Shown piece by piece: positions 63,909 through 64,000 of a DNA stretch of 64,000 nt; position 1 is the stretch's first letter; the number at the start of each line of letters is the position of its first letter. Source of the stretch: Octopus vulgaris (Eukaryota); the NCBI GenBank assembly GCA_951406725.2, contig OX597814.1:170872001-170936000 (forward strand), in the 5' to 3' direction. The notes under the pieces are model-generated. The model was not told the DNA's origin, ran no database searches, and worked only from the letters and a program-made list of their open reading frames with translations. A program made the translations under genes and the position numbers.

Positions 63909-64000
63909 TTATTGCATGCCACAACAACCAGCATCGTAACATCATGCAATTTGCGTGGAAGCTCTAAGACGTCTTTCCCCGGAGACCAACCAGGAGTATT
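63909..64000 (-). CDS. Coding exon a (5'-partial, runs off the window) of an unidentified Cys-rich protein gene
   Basis: Only open minus frame: NTPGWSPGKDVLELPRKLHDVTMLVVVACN + AA, then donor GTACTA (weak) at 63908. The 73-nt intron ends in a long pyrimidine tract (TTTTTTCCTCTGTTTCTGACCACAG); phase 2 joins in frame to exon b. Confidence 0.6.

Noticed and set aside
63451-63945. 164-aa minus-strand ORF as a single-exon gene
   Set aside because: It includes poly-T and (TG)n intronic sequence and is better explained as exons b and c plus introns.
63909-64000. Resemblance of exon a to the TrmA/TRMT2 methyltransferase motif (LxYVSCN)
   Set aside because: The DPPRxG and DxFPxTxHxE motifs are missing; likely coincidental.

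Overview
AT-rich eukaryotic DNA dense in microsatellites and interspersed repeats, almost all non-coding. The SINE and MITE families resemble those I recall from coleoid cephalopods (probably Octopus); this is inferred, not verified. The only supportable gene is the 3' part of a minus-strand, five-exon coding gene at the right edge (61436-64000), encoding a Cys-rich C-terminus ending ...IIENCVCI*. The rest holds at least four SINE-type families, decayed LINE fragments (RTE, R4/Dong-type RLE, an RT fragment), piggyBac-, hAT- and Tc1/mariner-type MITEs, Helitron/Helentron derivatives and mini/microsatellites. The most unusual object is a 306-bp element (19945-20250) with a 12-bp TSD that combines a tRNA-like Pol III head, a minimal Penelope-type hammerhead ribozyme motif and an inverted terminal segment. 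Two near-perfect long inverted duplications beside (TA)n tracts (24342-24585, 45537-45841) also stand out. Nearly all ORFs in the supplied track are microsatellite or repeat artefacts. There is no CRISPR array, rRNA or intact tRNA gene.
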